A stretch of DNA of 64,000 bases from Antedon mediterranea (Eukaryota; Animalia; Echinodermata). The notes under the pieces are model-generated. The model made no database searches and was not told the DNA's origin. It saw only the letters and a list, made by a program, of their open reading frames with translations. Of the stretch, positions 31,110-64,000 are shown piece after piece; position 1 is the stretch's first letter; the number at the start of each line of letters is the position of its first letter. The stretch spans positions 20,477,365-20,541,364 of the forward strand of contig NC_092678.1 of NCBI RefSeq assembly GCF_964355755.1, given 5' to 3'. A program made the position numbers and the translations under genes.

Positions 31110-31545
31110 TAGCATCACTCTTGTATGGGTGTGGGCAGTAACTTTCTGGTATCAGTTGCAACAACTCTATTAGTAGCAGCAGCTCTAGTTGTAGTAGCTT
31201 TAGTAGTGGCATTGACTCTAATATAGTAGGTGCAACCGCTCTATTGTAGCAGCAGCTCTAGTTGTAATAACTTTAGTAGTGGCATTGGCTCTAATACTAG
31301 TTGCAACCGCTCTTAGTAGCAGCCTTTCTGGTATTTATAGCAGTTTCAGCGTGGCATTAACTCTTGTATTAGGATGATACAATTAGTACAGCAGCTTTAA
31401 TAATAGCAATAGCAACCATAGTAGTGACATTGGCTCTTAGTAGTAGGCCTAGTTGCATCAGCTCTATTACTAGTAACAGCAGTGGTAACAGGCTTTAGTA
31501 ATGATAAAGCCATTACGAACAGCCGCTATTTTAGTTGCAGCAGAT
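31110..31545. repeat. Degenerate ~75-bp AGT/AGC-rich tandem repeat
   Basis: Recurring gttgcaac..ctctattagtagcagcagctctagttgtagtagctttagtagtggcattg(a/g)ctct. Confidence 0.6.
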
Positions 31546-33219
31546 ATATTCTTAATAGTTATCTGGAATTTTCATTCCATTTAATAGCCTGTATTACAGC
31601 TAAAGTAACTTTGACACTAAAGAAAACACAGACAGTATTCTATACAATACAATAAAATATTATCAATCTACTAGATGGTGTAGTAGTACAGTAAGTATAG
31701 CAACAATGAGAAGAGAGAACTATGTGGAGCCATTATTATAAACTGTTGATTGATATTGGAGTAAATTAAATAATTGCTATTAGTATCAATTAGGCCTATT
31801 TTAATGGAAGATGTTCATCTATTTTATAGACATTCGATAATAATAATAGCATTCTTGTCTTCTTCCAGTGGTGAGAAAATAACTGCATCTTCCATTGTTG
31901 ATTGATTGTATATAATCTTATAATGTAAATCATAACGGTGATAATTTTAAATTGAAATTTGTACAGTCAAGGTACTTTTTGATCGCCTTTGATAGTCCGA
32001 GCCTAAGGCCAACATGACTGTCAGGGATCTGTAAACTATCATGTTTCCTTTGCAAATTGGTATAATAATCACGATGAGAAAATGTTTTAGAAATAACTGC
32101 CCATGTAGCCAAAATATCTCGTCCAGGTGTGTCGACTATGCTGGGAAAACGATGGGTAAATGATGGTTGTTGGAGGTGATGTTACGACGCTTCAAAACGT
32201 TTTCATTGAACCTCAATGAGCTTCACCGCTAACGTATCTTAATCGTCTGCGACAAAAACACAGCTTGAATTAAGTACTGACATATGTTTCAGATATACAA
32301 ACACGTACTAACACCATGTAGCTATAGTAAAACGCTACGCTAGCTCTTAGCCATTGGCACTTTTCACCTGAGCTGAATCCGTACACCTAATAGCATTTTT
32401 GCCTAGGCCGCGCACCCGGGCACATACGACCGCATTGGTTTTAATCCCAGGAGGGGCCGTGTCAAAGAAATATTTTATCTGGCTTAGCGTACGCTAATGA
32501 TAAAATTAATTTCACACGTTCTGTGCGAAGACGTGCAATGTATGACATTCTTAGGAGCAATGAAACATTTCTTATCAATATCATACCATGATAACATTCG
32601 AATCAAAACATACTTGATTTTGTAGAGAGTGTAGTGTATCGCACCGAGATCTTAATTGCGTGTAAGATACACGATTCGATACCAATATCGACATGCTTGT
32701 ATGGTGGTCCATAAAGGTGAAGAAAATCGCAGTAGTTTCTCATTGGTCATGCCAACATTCACTTGATTTTAATTGGTCACCTGTTTAAGGACTCAATACC
32801 GGTGAGATCAAACAAAGAAGATGAGTAAATATTAGATGGGCATTAATATTACATGACAGAGAACATAATAATGTAAAATAAGTCACATACTGAATTCACA
32901 AACTTCGTTCAGACATAACATCCAATTGCTAGTGGTAATTGTAACAGCAGTTTTTAATATGTTAATTTGTTAATACATTATTCTCATTATTATGGTTATT
33001 AGTTAAACTAGCTTGATATTGTTATTTAAAAATTGAGGATCTTTAGATTATAGATTATTTTTAGCATAGCAATTCCAATCAACTCTGTTGTGTCCAAACT
33101 TTCTCCTTCAAACACTTTAGAACAAACTTTATTGTTTAAACACTTTGGAACAAACTTTATTATTCAATTGCCTTCCCTCTATTTAAATACAAATTTGGTA
33201 TCTTAATGTCAAAATTCCC

Positions 33220-33559
33220 TTAAAGATGTATTGTCCCCTTGAAAAAATAATTCTTAAAACAATTTTTTTTTTTGGAATATGCAATTTTATTTTTTTAATG
33301 TCACATATCCATTTTGACCAAAAATTGGATAGATAAAAATGTTATTACCTGAAGAAACTGTAATTTAAAGCACAAAATAGCCAATGGTTTTTTGTTGTTG
33401 AATTGAACCATTTATTTTTTCATTTTATAAGTGAAAAAAATTATTTGTTTAATTGTTGTTTTCTTGGAAAGTGATTAACTTTATTAAAACTACAAAATAA
33501 CCTATTCAAAGTCTGATTTAATTAATCTTCATTTTTCATGTTTTGGAGGACATCTTGAA
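33220..33559 (+). mobile_element. Non-autonomous TTAA-flanked DNA element (Kolobok-like), copy 1
   Basis: TTAA|AGATGTATTGTCCCC ... GGAGGACATCT|TGAA; homologous to 35714-36036. Confidence 0.55.
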
Positions 33560-33645
33560 ACCTACCACTAAACTAGTGTCCTTTTCAAGTTTTTTTCAAT
33601 ATTATTTTTGATAAATTACTTTTATTTATTCCTACACTTTCTTCA

Positions 33646-33715
33646 GTCGGTCTGTCTGTTGGTCCGGTATCACTTTGCGTTTTAGCACGCGACTTATCGC
33701 TGTTGGCATTGTTTT
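33646..33715 (+). mobile_element. 3' fragment of the HINE/DINE-1-like element
   Basis: gtcggtctgtctgttggtccggtatcact...gcacgcgactta..gctgttggcattgttt. Confidence 0.65.
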
Positions 33716-35016
33716 TTTGGTGTTAAGTTATCATTTCTCGTTGGTGGTGAAATCTTATTCTTTCAAAGAAAAATTGTCATTACTTTTTGATGTGTCATGC
33801 TTTTTATGTAGAAATGCCATTCCTTGATTATAGTAAATTGTCATTTTTACTTGGTGATTTGAATTTTGTTGAATTGTCCTAACTGCATGTGGATATAGTG
33901 AGTATTCATTTATTCTGCGAGAAATATTTTTTGTAGAATTAGAAGTTCAAGTTTCAGTGTGCCAGAATTCATTCAAAGTGTGCACAAAGTTCAAAATGTG
34001 TCATGTGACAATATTCAAAGGTGGTTTAAGGATGAAGACTTCCAACCAATCCATCCATAATTGTATTTTTTGTAACAGTGTCAAATAAGAAATCTTTATT
34101 CTCATGTATTTAGTATTTTGAAGATAATCATCAGTTCTCTCCTAAATTGTTACTTTTATCATTTTAAGCGGGTAATCAAACGTTGTCCATGTTTTAAACG
34201 CTTTTTTGTTTCGAAAAAAATTCACTTTAACAAAGTAATACAGTACACGGTGCTCCAAGTTCTAATAATTAGATATCACATACATATATTGATAGTTACA
34301 TTACTAAATAAAGATAAAAATAGAAAGCTCAACTTGTCATGGATTATGATATTTTCCAGTGCGGATTAATTTCATTTTCACTTCCTTTTCTCATTCTTCT
34401 CATGTTACATATATAGGCTTGATTGTGATGTTTCCAATTTCGCTTTCTCCAATGATGTTCAAACCTATCAATTAAATGTTTCTAATCATGAAGGATAATT
34501 GGGAAAAACGCTAATACGATTCTAAGGTCATATTTTTTTACCTTTTATGATCCGCATCCAAACCGATATTTGAAAGAAATACATAATTAAATTGACATTC
34601 AAATAGTTAGTGATAGCGGGACATGTAATATGGTAAATATAAACAGGCTATTTATTTTCAAATATATGACTGTGGTATGTTGGCGGCGTGTTCCCATGTG
34701 ATAACTTAGTTGGAGGATTAGTTCATTATTTTAGAGGGGTAACCAATGTAGGCCTACTTTTTGTTTCATGATTCTCCCACGAGGAGCACAGGCATGTTAG
34801 TTCATCCAAGTAAGCGGCAAACATTACCAACAACACGGTTGGTTTAGGTAATTTGTTGTGTTTATTAAACAAAATAAAATAATAAAACTAAGTTACTGAG
34901 CATAAAATATCTTTATTAATATTTCACTGGTAAATAGTAACAAAAAATACTTCACAGCTCCTCTTGTAATTTTACAAATACACAGTCATGGTTGTTTAAA
35001 TACCCTTTCTATCTAA

Positions 35017-35168
35017 GGCTCTGTGTCTACACTACCAAGCAATTTTGACCAAAAAAAAGCGTGTCGCGTGCTCTCATACGGTAGTGATATGACGTCATCG
35101 TGTCCATATTATGGGCACATCACATTTATTGTCGGTCGCACACAAAGTGTGATAGTGTAGACAGAGCT
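35017..35168. mobile_element. MITE family A copy with TAA TSD
   Basis: TAA|GGCTCTGTGTCTACACTACC...GATAGTGTAGACAGAGCT|TAA. Confidence 0.75.
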
Positions 35169-35713
35169 TAATTTTGTTATTTTTAACACAAATAATGTAA
35201 TAAAGTTTTTAGAAGATACTTGTATTAATAACTTGTATTGTATAAATATATGTATTTATTTGAAAAAAAAGAAGAAATATTTATAAATCTCCAGACAATT
35301 ATTTTTGGCTTTGTTTATAAGAATCAAATAGACATAGTTCGGAATTGCCTCAGTGCTATTAAGTCCCTGCTAGCCAGGCACGAATAAAATCCTTATCTCG
35401 TTCTGTTCGACTTCCCATTTTAAATTCAGTTAATTATATAAATTATATTAGTTTATAATTTAAAATTATTTTTAAAAGAATCGCTTAATAGAGGTTGTAT
35501 CTATTACAGTAAATCCTTGTAAAAACGGGATCATGCGGCCCTCAACTAGATGTGAAATCACGTATACAGGACGCTTGATATCTTTTCGGTACGGTAGGTG
35601 AAAACAAAATTCATTATTCATGATTCAAATAATCGCGCAAAAATATATAACGACAATTCTGACAATATGAAAGTATCTAAATTTTAATTAAACGCATACA
35701 CATTTTTTTTTAC

Positions 35714-36036
35714 TTAAAGATGTATGACCTAAATTGTCCCCTGAAAAAAAATCAAAATTTGTTGATTCTTAGTGTCACATAATAGTTATTTACTTTTACT
35801 AAAAAATGATTTACCTAAAAAACTGTAAATCAAGACAAACAATAGTCAGCTTGACTGGAAGTCAATGAGCTTTTGATTGAATTTTACCTTTTATTTTGTC
35901 TTTTTATAAGTGAAAACATTTTTTTTTTTTCTTTCTACGGAAGTGAGTAACTTGATTATAACTGCGAAATGGCCTTTTTCAAAGTGGTTTTTAAACATTC
36001 TTTTCATATTTTTTTAGAGACAATACATTTTTTTAA
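35714..36036 (+). mobile_element. Non-autonomous TTAA-flanked DNA element (Kolobok-like), copy 2
   Basis: TTAA|AGATGTAT..TTGTCCCCTG ... GAGACAATACATTT..TTAA; shared internal ttacct(g/a)aa(g/a)aaactgtaa and ttttataagtgaaaa. Confidence 0.55.
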
Positions 36037-39000
36037 ATGTATTATTACATTTCTATAAAGGCGTTAGCATAAATCAAACACCAGATTCCAGGTCCGGGAA
36101 AATGTTTAACCCTTTTAATTTTGTTCCTTTTTTACACAAATTTTCAACATTACTATTCGAATATCCGTAATTGCTGTGATTGCGATAATATAGGCCCTAA
36201 CAGAAAAGAACATCTGTAGACCTAAAAGGAAAAGGGGGGAAATTACAGACCCACTCGGAGCGTACATGGTGGCCTTGGCAAGCCACTACGTGTTGTAACA
36301 CATCATAAGCGCTGTTTGGTTTCAGATACATTATGAGATAAACGAAAGGAGGAAAAGATACTCTATGTGAGAGTACGAGATAAGAATTCACATCGTACAT
36401 TTTATTTTTACATTATATACAATCATGGTAATCAGTGTTGTCATAGGGCCTGGAGTTCTTTCTGTTTTTTTTGTTGGTTATTTTGTTTTCGTTTTTGTTT
36501 CGTTTATTTCATTTTTTTTGTCCATCTCAAATTTCTACTTTTTAACTTCATAAAATATGTAATATATATTTTATTCATATTATTATAAATGAAAGCAAGT
36601 AAATGTGATATTTTTATTAGAGTAGAATTCAAATAATGTTTACCATAGGCCTACTGATTGAATGCAAGTTTGTCCGCAAGAAACAGTGTAATGCGCAAGA
36701 AATACTGCGCATTAAACACACCTAAGCTTGTCTAACGCGCAATAAATACTGCTCATTATACACAATTGAGTTTTTTTAATGCACAATAAACACTAAGTCA
36801 TTACAATACACACTCGTTACGCGTTATATACACTAGACCAACTTAAAGAAAAAAAATAGTGCAAAGAAATACATTTTTAGGAGTTTATTAATTTATAATT
36901 CAAAGTACAATATTTTGATAGCTTGGAATTACGTTTTTTCTCCAATAAACTATCAAATTACTATCTCTCGCTAGTTTTGCAAAATTTAAATTTTTTTCCC
37001 AGTTATAAATTCTAGAGAAACTTTACTAAAATTACATCAATCTACAGCTATAAATAGAATCACAATTTGCCCACTATAGAATTATGTAGTTTTATTGATA
37101 AAAGAAAATTCATTCAGTTAATTCAAATAACTACTTAATTACTAAGTAATAATGAGACCGTCGTTTTAGTGGAATTGACAATGCAATTGTTGACTTTGTT
37201 ATATTTTGAACGATTGATTTTTGTAGAGAGCATAATGGTAATTTGTTTTTGACCGCAATGATTTGAGGGCATAGTATATACTTAAAATTAGGACAAGACA
37301 GTTGAGATAACGATCTAGAAGCTACCACTCGTCTTTATTAGCACGAGGGCTGTGTTGATTTGTGAGGTATCTAAAAAGAGTAGAGAATTCGATTATCTGT
37401 TAATCATTCTGATACCTAGTGCACCTGTAGAGAAATTACCTAACGATTACTAAAAATTAACTCTTCATTCGCTGACAGACCATAGCGGCGTGTTGCAATC
37501 AGCGCTGATTTAATTATCAGTCGCAAATGACTGCTTGCCTACCTCTAGACTCAGCGTCCAGCGATGGGAGGGAAGATGCCAACACATATTGTAGATACCA
37601 AACTAGGTTAGTGCATGGAGTATACTCCATGGTTAGTGACACTTTGTTAGCAGCGCAGGCTCACACCTTTCAACGTTTTCGTCACCGCGCCAGGGGTCTC
37701 GGTTCAAAAACAGCACAAGGGTACAAATCGCAACTGCAATAACTGTTGGTAATTTACAGCAATCAAAATGTAAAAGCAAGCTTACGAAGCGACGCTCGGT
37801 ACAGCCAGTCCCCGCGCTGCTACGCTGAACCACGGGTCAGAGCGCCCCTGTAAGAACACGTAAAAGTCAGAAATAAGTTTGACACTGCCTAGCTGAAAAG
37901 ACCCTAATACAAACATCGGTTTAAGTCAGTGACTTGCATAATGCAAATGAGTACTGCCACCCCGACATCACCAGCCTTGCACTTTTCAAGCCCCGCACCT
38001 GCTTATCTTCTTCCAACATTAAAAATCTCATTTTCTACGGCGAGAAATCAGTGTACCTTTTGACATAACCCAGTATGCACATACGCTAGTTCAAACGAAC
38101 AGACAGTAAATTGCAAATTCCTTGAGAACTTTGCCTCTGCTCTATGCCACGTCTGATCTGTGGGGGGAAATTACACCTGGTGCGGGCAAACGTGTCCTTT
38201 TAAGGGTTGAGGCTCGTTCAACCTTCATGTATGCTTCTGTTAGTAACGAAACTCTTGTAAATTCGTGGTTTAAGCCTAAATCTGATTGATTAATGATTTC
38301 TGATCCATAGAATTGGAGCGGATGCAGTTGTATGTGTCTAGGAAGTTTCGTTCTACTAATTGTACAGTAGGCCTACTACAGAACTCAGCGTGACAAATTT
38401 CACGTGGTATATAATATAGTAAGCCTATAATTTAAATTTAATAAGAATGAACTAATACATTATTATAATTTCAACAATAAATGCCTCTATTTATTATCAT
38501 TTTAATATCTGCTCTAGTGTTTTACCCGGAACAATTTAACATAATAGTTGCATAGTTTATAACCTTTATTAATGGAGGCAAAGAAAAATAAAAGGAGGAA
38601 AGAAACATTATACTGCTAAAAAAAATATAAAGATTCTTTATTTTAGGAATATCTATACGTAGACTAATCTTACTCGTTAAAATGTGAGCTTGTATGTAAC
38701 TTTTTTTTTAACATTTTCTTATCTTTATCTACTTGTTATTAGGCCTATACATACGACCTTCATTGTTAATTGTGTCACATTATATGTGACACCATATATA
38801 CATATGAGTGCCAATTTAGTGAATATTACATTCAAAAAAGTGACAAAATCGAAACAGTACATGAAATTCGATGTTGACGCAACAATAAAAAATCACTATA
38901 CAACTTTCACTATTAACAACAATTATACACACGCTTCATACATGCTGTTTTTTTGTCAGTTCACCAGATGTCCGAACAATCCGGCTGTTGACGGTCATCT

Positions 39001-40829
39001 GTCCGGCCATGTTAAACGTGTGGTCATCTCCAGATCGTCCCGTTAGTTTCCTACCGAGAGACAACCGATTATTTATAATCTTTCTACTGACTACTTTGTC
39101 AAAATATAATTTAAATAACGCTATCTGATAAAGGTGCTTTGTAAATTAATAAGACGTGCATATTTGCACACGTATCATAACCAACCACCCACCCATACTT
39201 TATACTGTTAATCACAATATAATTACTCTATCATTACCGCCATCAAAGCAGATATTATGTTTCATCACCGTTTGTTTTTTGTGTACAAGATTGATCCGAT
39301 CGTTTTTACCTATGATAATTGACAAAAACTCTAAAGAGGGCGCTTCTCAATACAAAAATCTATAGCTTATTCTATTTCTTAATATTCCGCTCGATTTAAG
39401 TTTGAATAGAGTTGAGTGAAGGTATGCTATCCCAACAAAGAACAATCAAAGAGGATGCGTCTCATACTAAAATGTATAGGTTGTTATTCTGTGTGTAAAT
39501 ATTCCGCTCGAGTTAAGTGTTACTATCTAAATGTTAGTACCGTTAAAATAGTTTCTATTTGCGCATGTCTCCTGGTCATTTAATGTTATTGTGTTCAGTT
39601 GAACTATTTATTGCCAATTTTGCATTGAAGCAATAATCGTAAGAATCATTTATTTAAAGTGAATTTTACTTAAAAACGTTGTTATGGGAAAGTAAAAGTT
39701 TGTATCATTAATTTCCGACAACGTTGGTCAGTTTCAATACTAATTTTGCCTCGGTATATTTGAAATAAACAAACTTTATTGGGCAATTATAATAATTTAG
39801 AAATAATTATATCCTAAGTGACCTTTGACATCCCAGGGGAGGTAAAATGATGGTGACAGTATTGGACGGCAATATCCTCATTTTACACATATGCATCCTT
39901 TATTCATTACTAATATTGTTGACGATGCTTTTTATTAAATTTATTATCAATTATTTGTAACAATAACATTTTGTATTGCCCATGATTCATCAACATTAAT
40001 GTATAGTGCCGCATTTTATTGAAAAGTGTTGTTGTATTCTAGGCAATTCTAGTATTCCTTATTAGAAAACTAGTTTGTTCTGGACATGCTTGGTCAACAC
40101 AACGATTTTGGATTAAATTATGCTTATATATTCATGTTTATGTAAGATCGTACCCTTTTTAACAATTTAGAAAGTTATGCAAATTACCATGGTTATACAG
40201 TACCAGTTAGGCATCATACAGTACCTCATAGGTTATACTTTTTATAACAGGACACAGAAACATTAGCTTCCGATATTTAATGAAATGTTAAAACGGTTGG
40301 CCTAAATTCTGGGCTTGGATCATCATCTGACGCACCAAATTCTAAAAAGCTCTGCAAAGTTAGACTAATTTTAGTTGAATGTGGAAGACATTGTTGTAGT
40401 GATCACCATGTCCAACAAAGAGGTTTAACTATACTGATTAGTAAAAATGTAGGCTTAAACATTATTGCAATCTTTCCCCTGTGATGTGTGCATAGAAACC
40501 GTTATATCCGCTTCTGCCCTCCACTTCATTCCGTTTTAAATATTAACAAGGGCTAAACAATTAGTTTTGTGTAGCCAACACTACCCCAGGTGGATAAGAT
40601 CCGGTAATTCAGGAGGAGCACCAAGGCCACGAGGCCTGGACACTAGCTCCGGCCATGGTGGACATTTTAATAACATCCTGTATTATACTAATCAAATAAA
40701 ATAACTTTTGTTAAATTAAACCGCGCTTTGAACAACCTTGGTACTTTCAACTCTGTTCATTTTTATGTCAATATCTTTTGAAAAAATTACGTTTTTTGTT
40801 CGACTGTATATTATTTAAAGCCTAAAAAT

Positions 40830-41075
40830 ATTGCATATTATTATAACTATGGCATTTTATGTGTGTGTAGGCACTCGAGTTTAAGTTAGCTTGGTTAGAT
40901 CTCATAAAAACTACAAATTATAATGGTAATTTTTCTAAAACCTAATAAATATTGCATATTCTATAACTATATGCAATTTTTAGTGTGTAGGCACTCGAGT
41001 TTAAGTTTAGCCTGGTTCTAGATCATTCTCATAAAATCTACAAACGTCTAATGCTGCTTTTTCTAAATGAGCGAA
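40830..41075 (+). repeat. ~120-bp tandem duplication
   Basis: tattgcatatt..tataactat...gtgtgtaggcactcgagtttaagtt occurs twice. Confidence 0.8.
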
Positions 41076-42269
41076 CATTAGATATGTTTGAACAACAATT
41101 GTGGAACAACTACTGGATGCTAGACTGTGTAAAAATAATAATGTTAACAAATAACTCTAGCGATGGGGTTGTAATCCCGACTAAAAAAAGAAAAAACAAA
41201 GAGAAGGTAGGCTAAAAATTTAAATTAACAGGTTCACTTTTGTGGGGCAACGAAGAATATTGCCTAACACTTTTGGTTTGAACGGTTTTCCTAATTACTT
41301 TTCTCGGAATAATTAAACAATAATTGAATTGTTGTATGAAATCCAAAGACTTCTGACATGGTTATTCCTCTAGTAATTTGTTAAATTCAATGTTTTATAT
41401 CCTTATTTTATCAAAGCATTACACCAATAACTTCCGGACAACTCCGGAAAATCAGTCCAGAATTTTGTCTATAATCGGAAAGACATATGGGAAGTCGTCC
41501 AACCCTAGGTGTGGAATGACCCATTATTAACTGAAAGGTTGTTCACACAAAATGTAGGAGTGCTTATGAAACATTTGGTTCCTCTCATGACTTCAGTTAT
41601 TCGAAGAAGGCGCTTACAGTTAACCAATATATCTTTTAGATTTTGTAATGAATTATATATAGAGATATTCAAATTATCCTTTACGAAGGAAAAGGTTTTT
41701 CTGAAAACTCACATTCTGGCTGTTTCCAGTGTATCTTCGTTGATATTCAGTAGGCCTACCTTCAGTATTGAAATTTCCCTACGATTTATATAGAAATATT
41801 ATTGTTACAGACTACAATCTAGGATAAGTGTTAAGTACAGTATATTAATCAAAATAAACTCGTCAATCTAATCTCTAACAATACCCTTCCTTCTCAACTG
41901 TTGATAGTAAGAAGCGGATCTTGTTTGAGCATATAATCTGCATTATGGCATATCCACGACCAATCCATTCCTTGTTGAAAATATAGAAACGACCAATTGA
42001 ATATTCGTTGGAGAGCAAAGAATTTTACCGAAAATACGGAATACTATTAATTCAATCTCTGAGAAAAATATGGAAACGAATCAATCTTTGTTGATGAATA
42101 GAGTGAACCAATTCACTCTTCCCTGAACAATAAAGAAGACCAAATCAATCTTGTTGAACGACAAATTCAATCGAAAAAATTCAATCGAAAATTTACTTTT
42201 TAGAAAAACAAAACAACAAATTCATCACATAATCATTAAACACATTTTAAATTTTCATTTTGTAATAAC

Positions 42270-42275
42270 TTTATT
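42270..42275 (-). terminator. Candidate GATA polyadenylation signal (3'UTR ~2.1 kb)
   Basis: AATAAA on minus, with a GU/U-rich tract (minus tttgttgttttgtttt, 42204-42220) downstream; alternative AATAAA at ~43255-43260. Confidence 0.4.
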
Positions 42276-44407
42276 TTTACAGCATCGTAAGTACACCAAC
42301 CAAAATCCTAATGAAATTTAAATGTACACACAGATTTGGAAATAATGACTTATAGGCTAATAATAAGTCGTTTTCTGGTACCCGTATTGTACCGAAGCGA
42401 TTTAAAATTCTAGTATAACTTGAACTGGTAACAGTCAAGTTATTTAAAACATTATTTTCAAGTTTGAAACTGCTATTTTCTCACACGTTAACAGCTGTTT
42501 GCCAGTTTAAATTTTAAGAATGTTGACAGCATCTTAATTGCAGGTAAAAAAGATTAAGGTAATCTTTACTTTCTTGTGTAAACGGAATATATTTTAATCA
42601 ATGTTTCTTAAGTTTTGTTTGTAAAGAGAAAATATAATAATAATTGGAACATAATAAGATTATGATGGTACCAGTAAGAAACAAAATATTTGTATCCGGG
42701 CAAAATTATCTCTGAAATAACGCTGATCCTAAACACTTCAGTGACGAAGTTAAATTATGTATTTTAATACGGCAAACCTCTTTTTGGAAAATCTATTCAG
42801 AGAACACTTTCTCCCGAAATAGAAGTAATGTTTTAACACCTATCCAGGGGACACTTGTTTGGGTCCCGAAGGTGTTCCCTTAATAGAAATTGTAATTTCC
42901 AGGCAAAAATGAACAATAAAGGTTAAATGGACAACATTGTTTGTCTCACACCGTGTATTAATGTGTATTTACTAAGTTTTGTTGAACACGACAATTTCAT
43001 TCATCAATATAATTCACAAAGTAAACACAAGTTATTTTAAAGGGATACACACGCACAATTTCCACTTTTAACATTACTAGTGTAATTTAGCATTTAGGCA
43101 TAGAAAAAGAATACGACATTTTTCAAGATTATAAGGTTATAACGGACGAATAATAGGATGCATTTCATTGGATAATACTCTTATAATAGGCCTATGTCTT
43201 GTTGATAGAATAACTACAGCAGTGTGTTTGCTAACTTTAAATAAGAAAGAAACATTTATTCTGGTAATTGTAACAATGTAAAGGTGATGGCAAAGTAAAA
43301 ATTAGGGACGCAAGAAAATTTTTTTAATTAATTTCAAATTTTGCAAACTGGATTTTTCTTTTTATAATTGTGGAACAAATTAGATTGATTCTAGAGGATT
43401 CATTAGGGAAGATTTCGCGGATTGTTCAGAAATAATTATGTCAAGTTCATTCAAACTGTTTGATAATTTTTTTTTTATCAACTTGAACACAAATATTGCA
43501 CCAATTTTGTGACTCTTATTCCAACCAACACCTATTGTTAAAAATGTACAAACCGTAGCCTAAAAATTATCCAGAAAGTTATTGTCCATATAAGTATAAC
43601 ACTTATACTTTTTTTTTAAAGTCCAGCTTTTTAATACTTTCTTGTAAACCAATTATAGGTATACTTGCTAGGAAACTTTAATCCACGAATTTCAATTAAT
43701 TCAATATTTTGATAAGTTTCCCATTCTGTCCGTCAATGCGGACAGCGTAAATACAAAGTTGGTCAAGCATGCTCACTACGCGCGCGTGCATTAGAAAATA
43801 AGGTTAAAGTTCAATTTCAATTCGTGGATCAAAGAGTCCTTGTTAATTATCTTTAAACCTTTTTACGGTTACAGAACATAAATATTTAAATTTACAACAT
43901 TGATGGAAGCTATGATTCACATCATTCCGAAACATTCCGAAACTTTCCGAAGCATTCCTCCGGTCAACTGGCAGGTAAAAATATTAATATAAAATGTCAA
44001 CTAGCCTTAATTACTTAAACTAATTTCTTGCTCATACAAAACATACAAATTAATTTTCTTCCTGAAAGCAAACTGCTCCGAATATTTAAACTATGTACAT
44101 ACACTTTAAGGTTATTTTTTGTTCAATATTGTATACTGTAAGCTATAAAGTAGTCGGCTCTGAAGAATGCTGAAAAGCATTGTTTTGTGGAGTCCATTTA
44201 TTTTCATTTATTCGCTCAATTTCAATTCTTCATTAACGGAAATGTCAAAAGGTCATCTCATAATGATTTCAATTTTCCCGTGACGTCTTAGCACCGTAAA
44301 TGTTACTGTTTTAAAATATCACACGTTTTAGCTTTACTGTACTGTCAAGCGTTTGACGCTCTTTCTACCGTACCGCATGTAAGCCTATAACTTCTAGGCC
44401 CTGCAAG

Positions 44408-62765
<18,358 letters not shown>

Positions 62766-64000
62766 AGTTATCGGCAACCGAGTCACCTTCGCCTGACAGA
62801 GGCGTGCTTTCGTGTTCTCTCTTACCGCGTCAGGTGAATACACGTTCGTCCACGTGTGTCGGGTGCATACGCGTATAGTTACTTAATTTCAAGTACAAAC
62901 TAATTCTACCAATCACAGTCCAGTATCGTCAAGTACAAACAAAGTGTAACTGAAAAAAAAAAATTAGACAAATAACTATTAAGGATATATTTTTTTTAAT
63001 CTAATATTGACTATTTATATTCACTTCCTATCATTTCAATAATTACAAATTGCTAAACTAATTCAGGAAAAGTATGGATTGCTTATCGGCTAAGTGAATT
63101 AGGCTGGTTTAAGTACCCCTTACCAAATCCAGGGATATTAAAATCCATGTGTGTCGTAAAAGGTCAATTATCGTTGACGTAACAGCATTGTTACATAAAA
63201 TACACACAAATACAAACATCTAAGGAATCAAACACGTTAATACTATCATTTTGAAGTTTGGTTTATGTTCCGAAAAAAATGAAACACAGCCTGTTACAGA
63301 CCACCTTGGAAATTACCAGGACGAAACCGCAGTGTGTACAAGAGTGACCAAAATACGATGCTAACAATCATAAAAATATGCCTAACAATTATTTAATAAA
63401 TAAATGATCAATAAACACAAATTTTTAGTACAGTAGCAGGTTTTTAAAATTCAGTTCGTCCCAGGTTGATGAAAATGCTCAACAATAAGAATAAAAAAAT
63501 AACATTTATAATAAAAAATATCTTATTAATCTTTTTATGATCTGCTCGATGAATTAAAATGCACTATTTTGGGGACTTATTCCGTGAACAAGGTTTTATT
63601 TAATTGTTATCTTGCACGAAACAATTTTTAAATTACCGTAATTTATTCCTTTCTCGTTAAATAATTGTTATGCACTTTTAATGTTGGGAACGTAACTGTA
63701 ATATTCTGGTATCTTGCACGACATATGGCGTGTCACCGTTCAGAACAGTTTTTTCAGACTTTTTACATAATTTTATAAATACTGTAGTTTCGATAAATGT
63801 TTTATATTAGCTCGTACGAATACGTTATAAAATGTTATACATGTTGTAGAAAATAATGATTTAATAACACATGTGATTCGTTTGTCCTTGAAGTAGTTTC
63901 AACTAGATTGTTGTTGTCGTTGATAAAGTGTTAGAAACTTCAACTAAATTGAAAATAAACTAAATTTGAACACATCAAGTAGCTAATTAAGACGCGAAGA

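Noticed and set aside
31110-31545. Thr/Ala-rich mucin- or antifreeze-like coding repeat on the minus strand
   Set aside because: No sustained open frame or splice signals; degenerate non-coding repeat.
62766-62843. N-terminal extension of GATA from the ORF track start at 62843
   Set aside because: It starts at GTG; the ATG at 62765 gives the conserved ME...RWM N-terminus.

Overview
AT-rich, intron-containing animal genomic DNA. It is probably an invertebrate deuterostome; that is an inference from the GATA1/2/3-type gene, intron conservation and repeat types. Three host genes can be assembled by hand from GT-AG junctions. (1) The 5' part of a NEMO/optineurin-family gene on the minus strand (coding exons 1055-848 and 612-407), running off the left edge. 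(2) Head-to-head with it, a complete 13-exon Sec61 alpha gene (+, 2242-8556, 475 aa) whose introns 7 and 8 each carry a copy of an H/ACA snoRNA with pockets complementary to the 5' end of 28S rRNA. (3) A complete 5-coding-exon GATA1/2/3 gene (-, 62765-44408, 484 aa). The most unusual region is 10.7-19.8 kb: a tandemly amplified, partly decayed cassette of intronless ~70-aa stand-alone C4HC3 RING micro-genes (2 intact, 4 broken). Most copies sit behind a conserved upstream module with a kappaB-like motif and/or a second degraded small ORF. The rest is a ~24-kb gene-free interval plus introns holding Harbinger-like MITEs, Helentron/DINE-like elements, SINE and LINE remnants, minisatellites and local duplications. 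All family assignments come from motif recognition without database searches.
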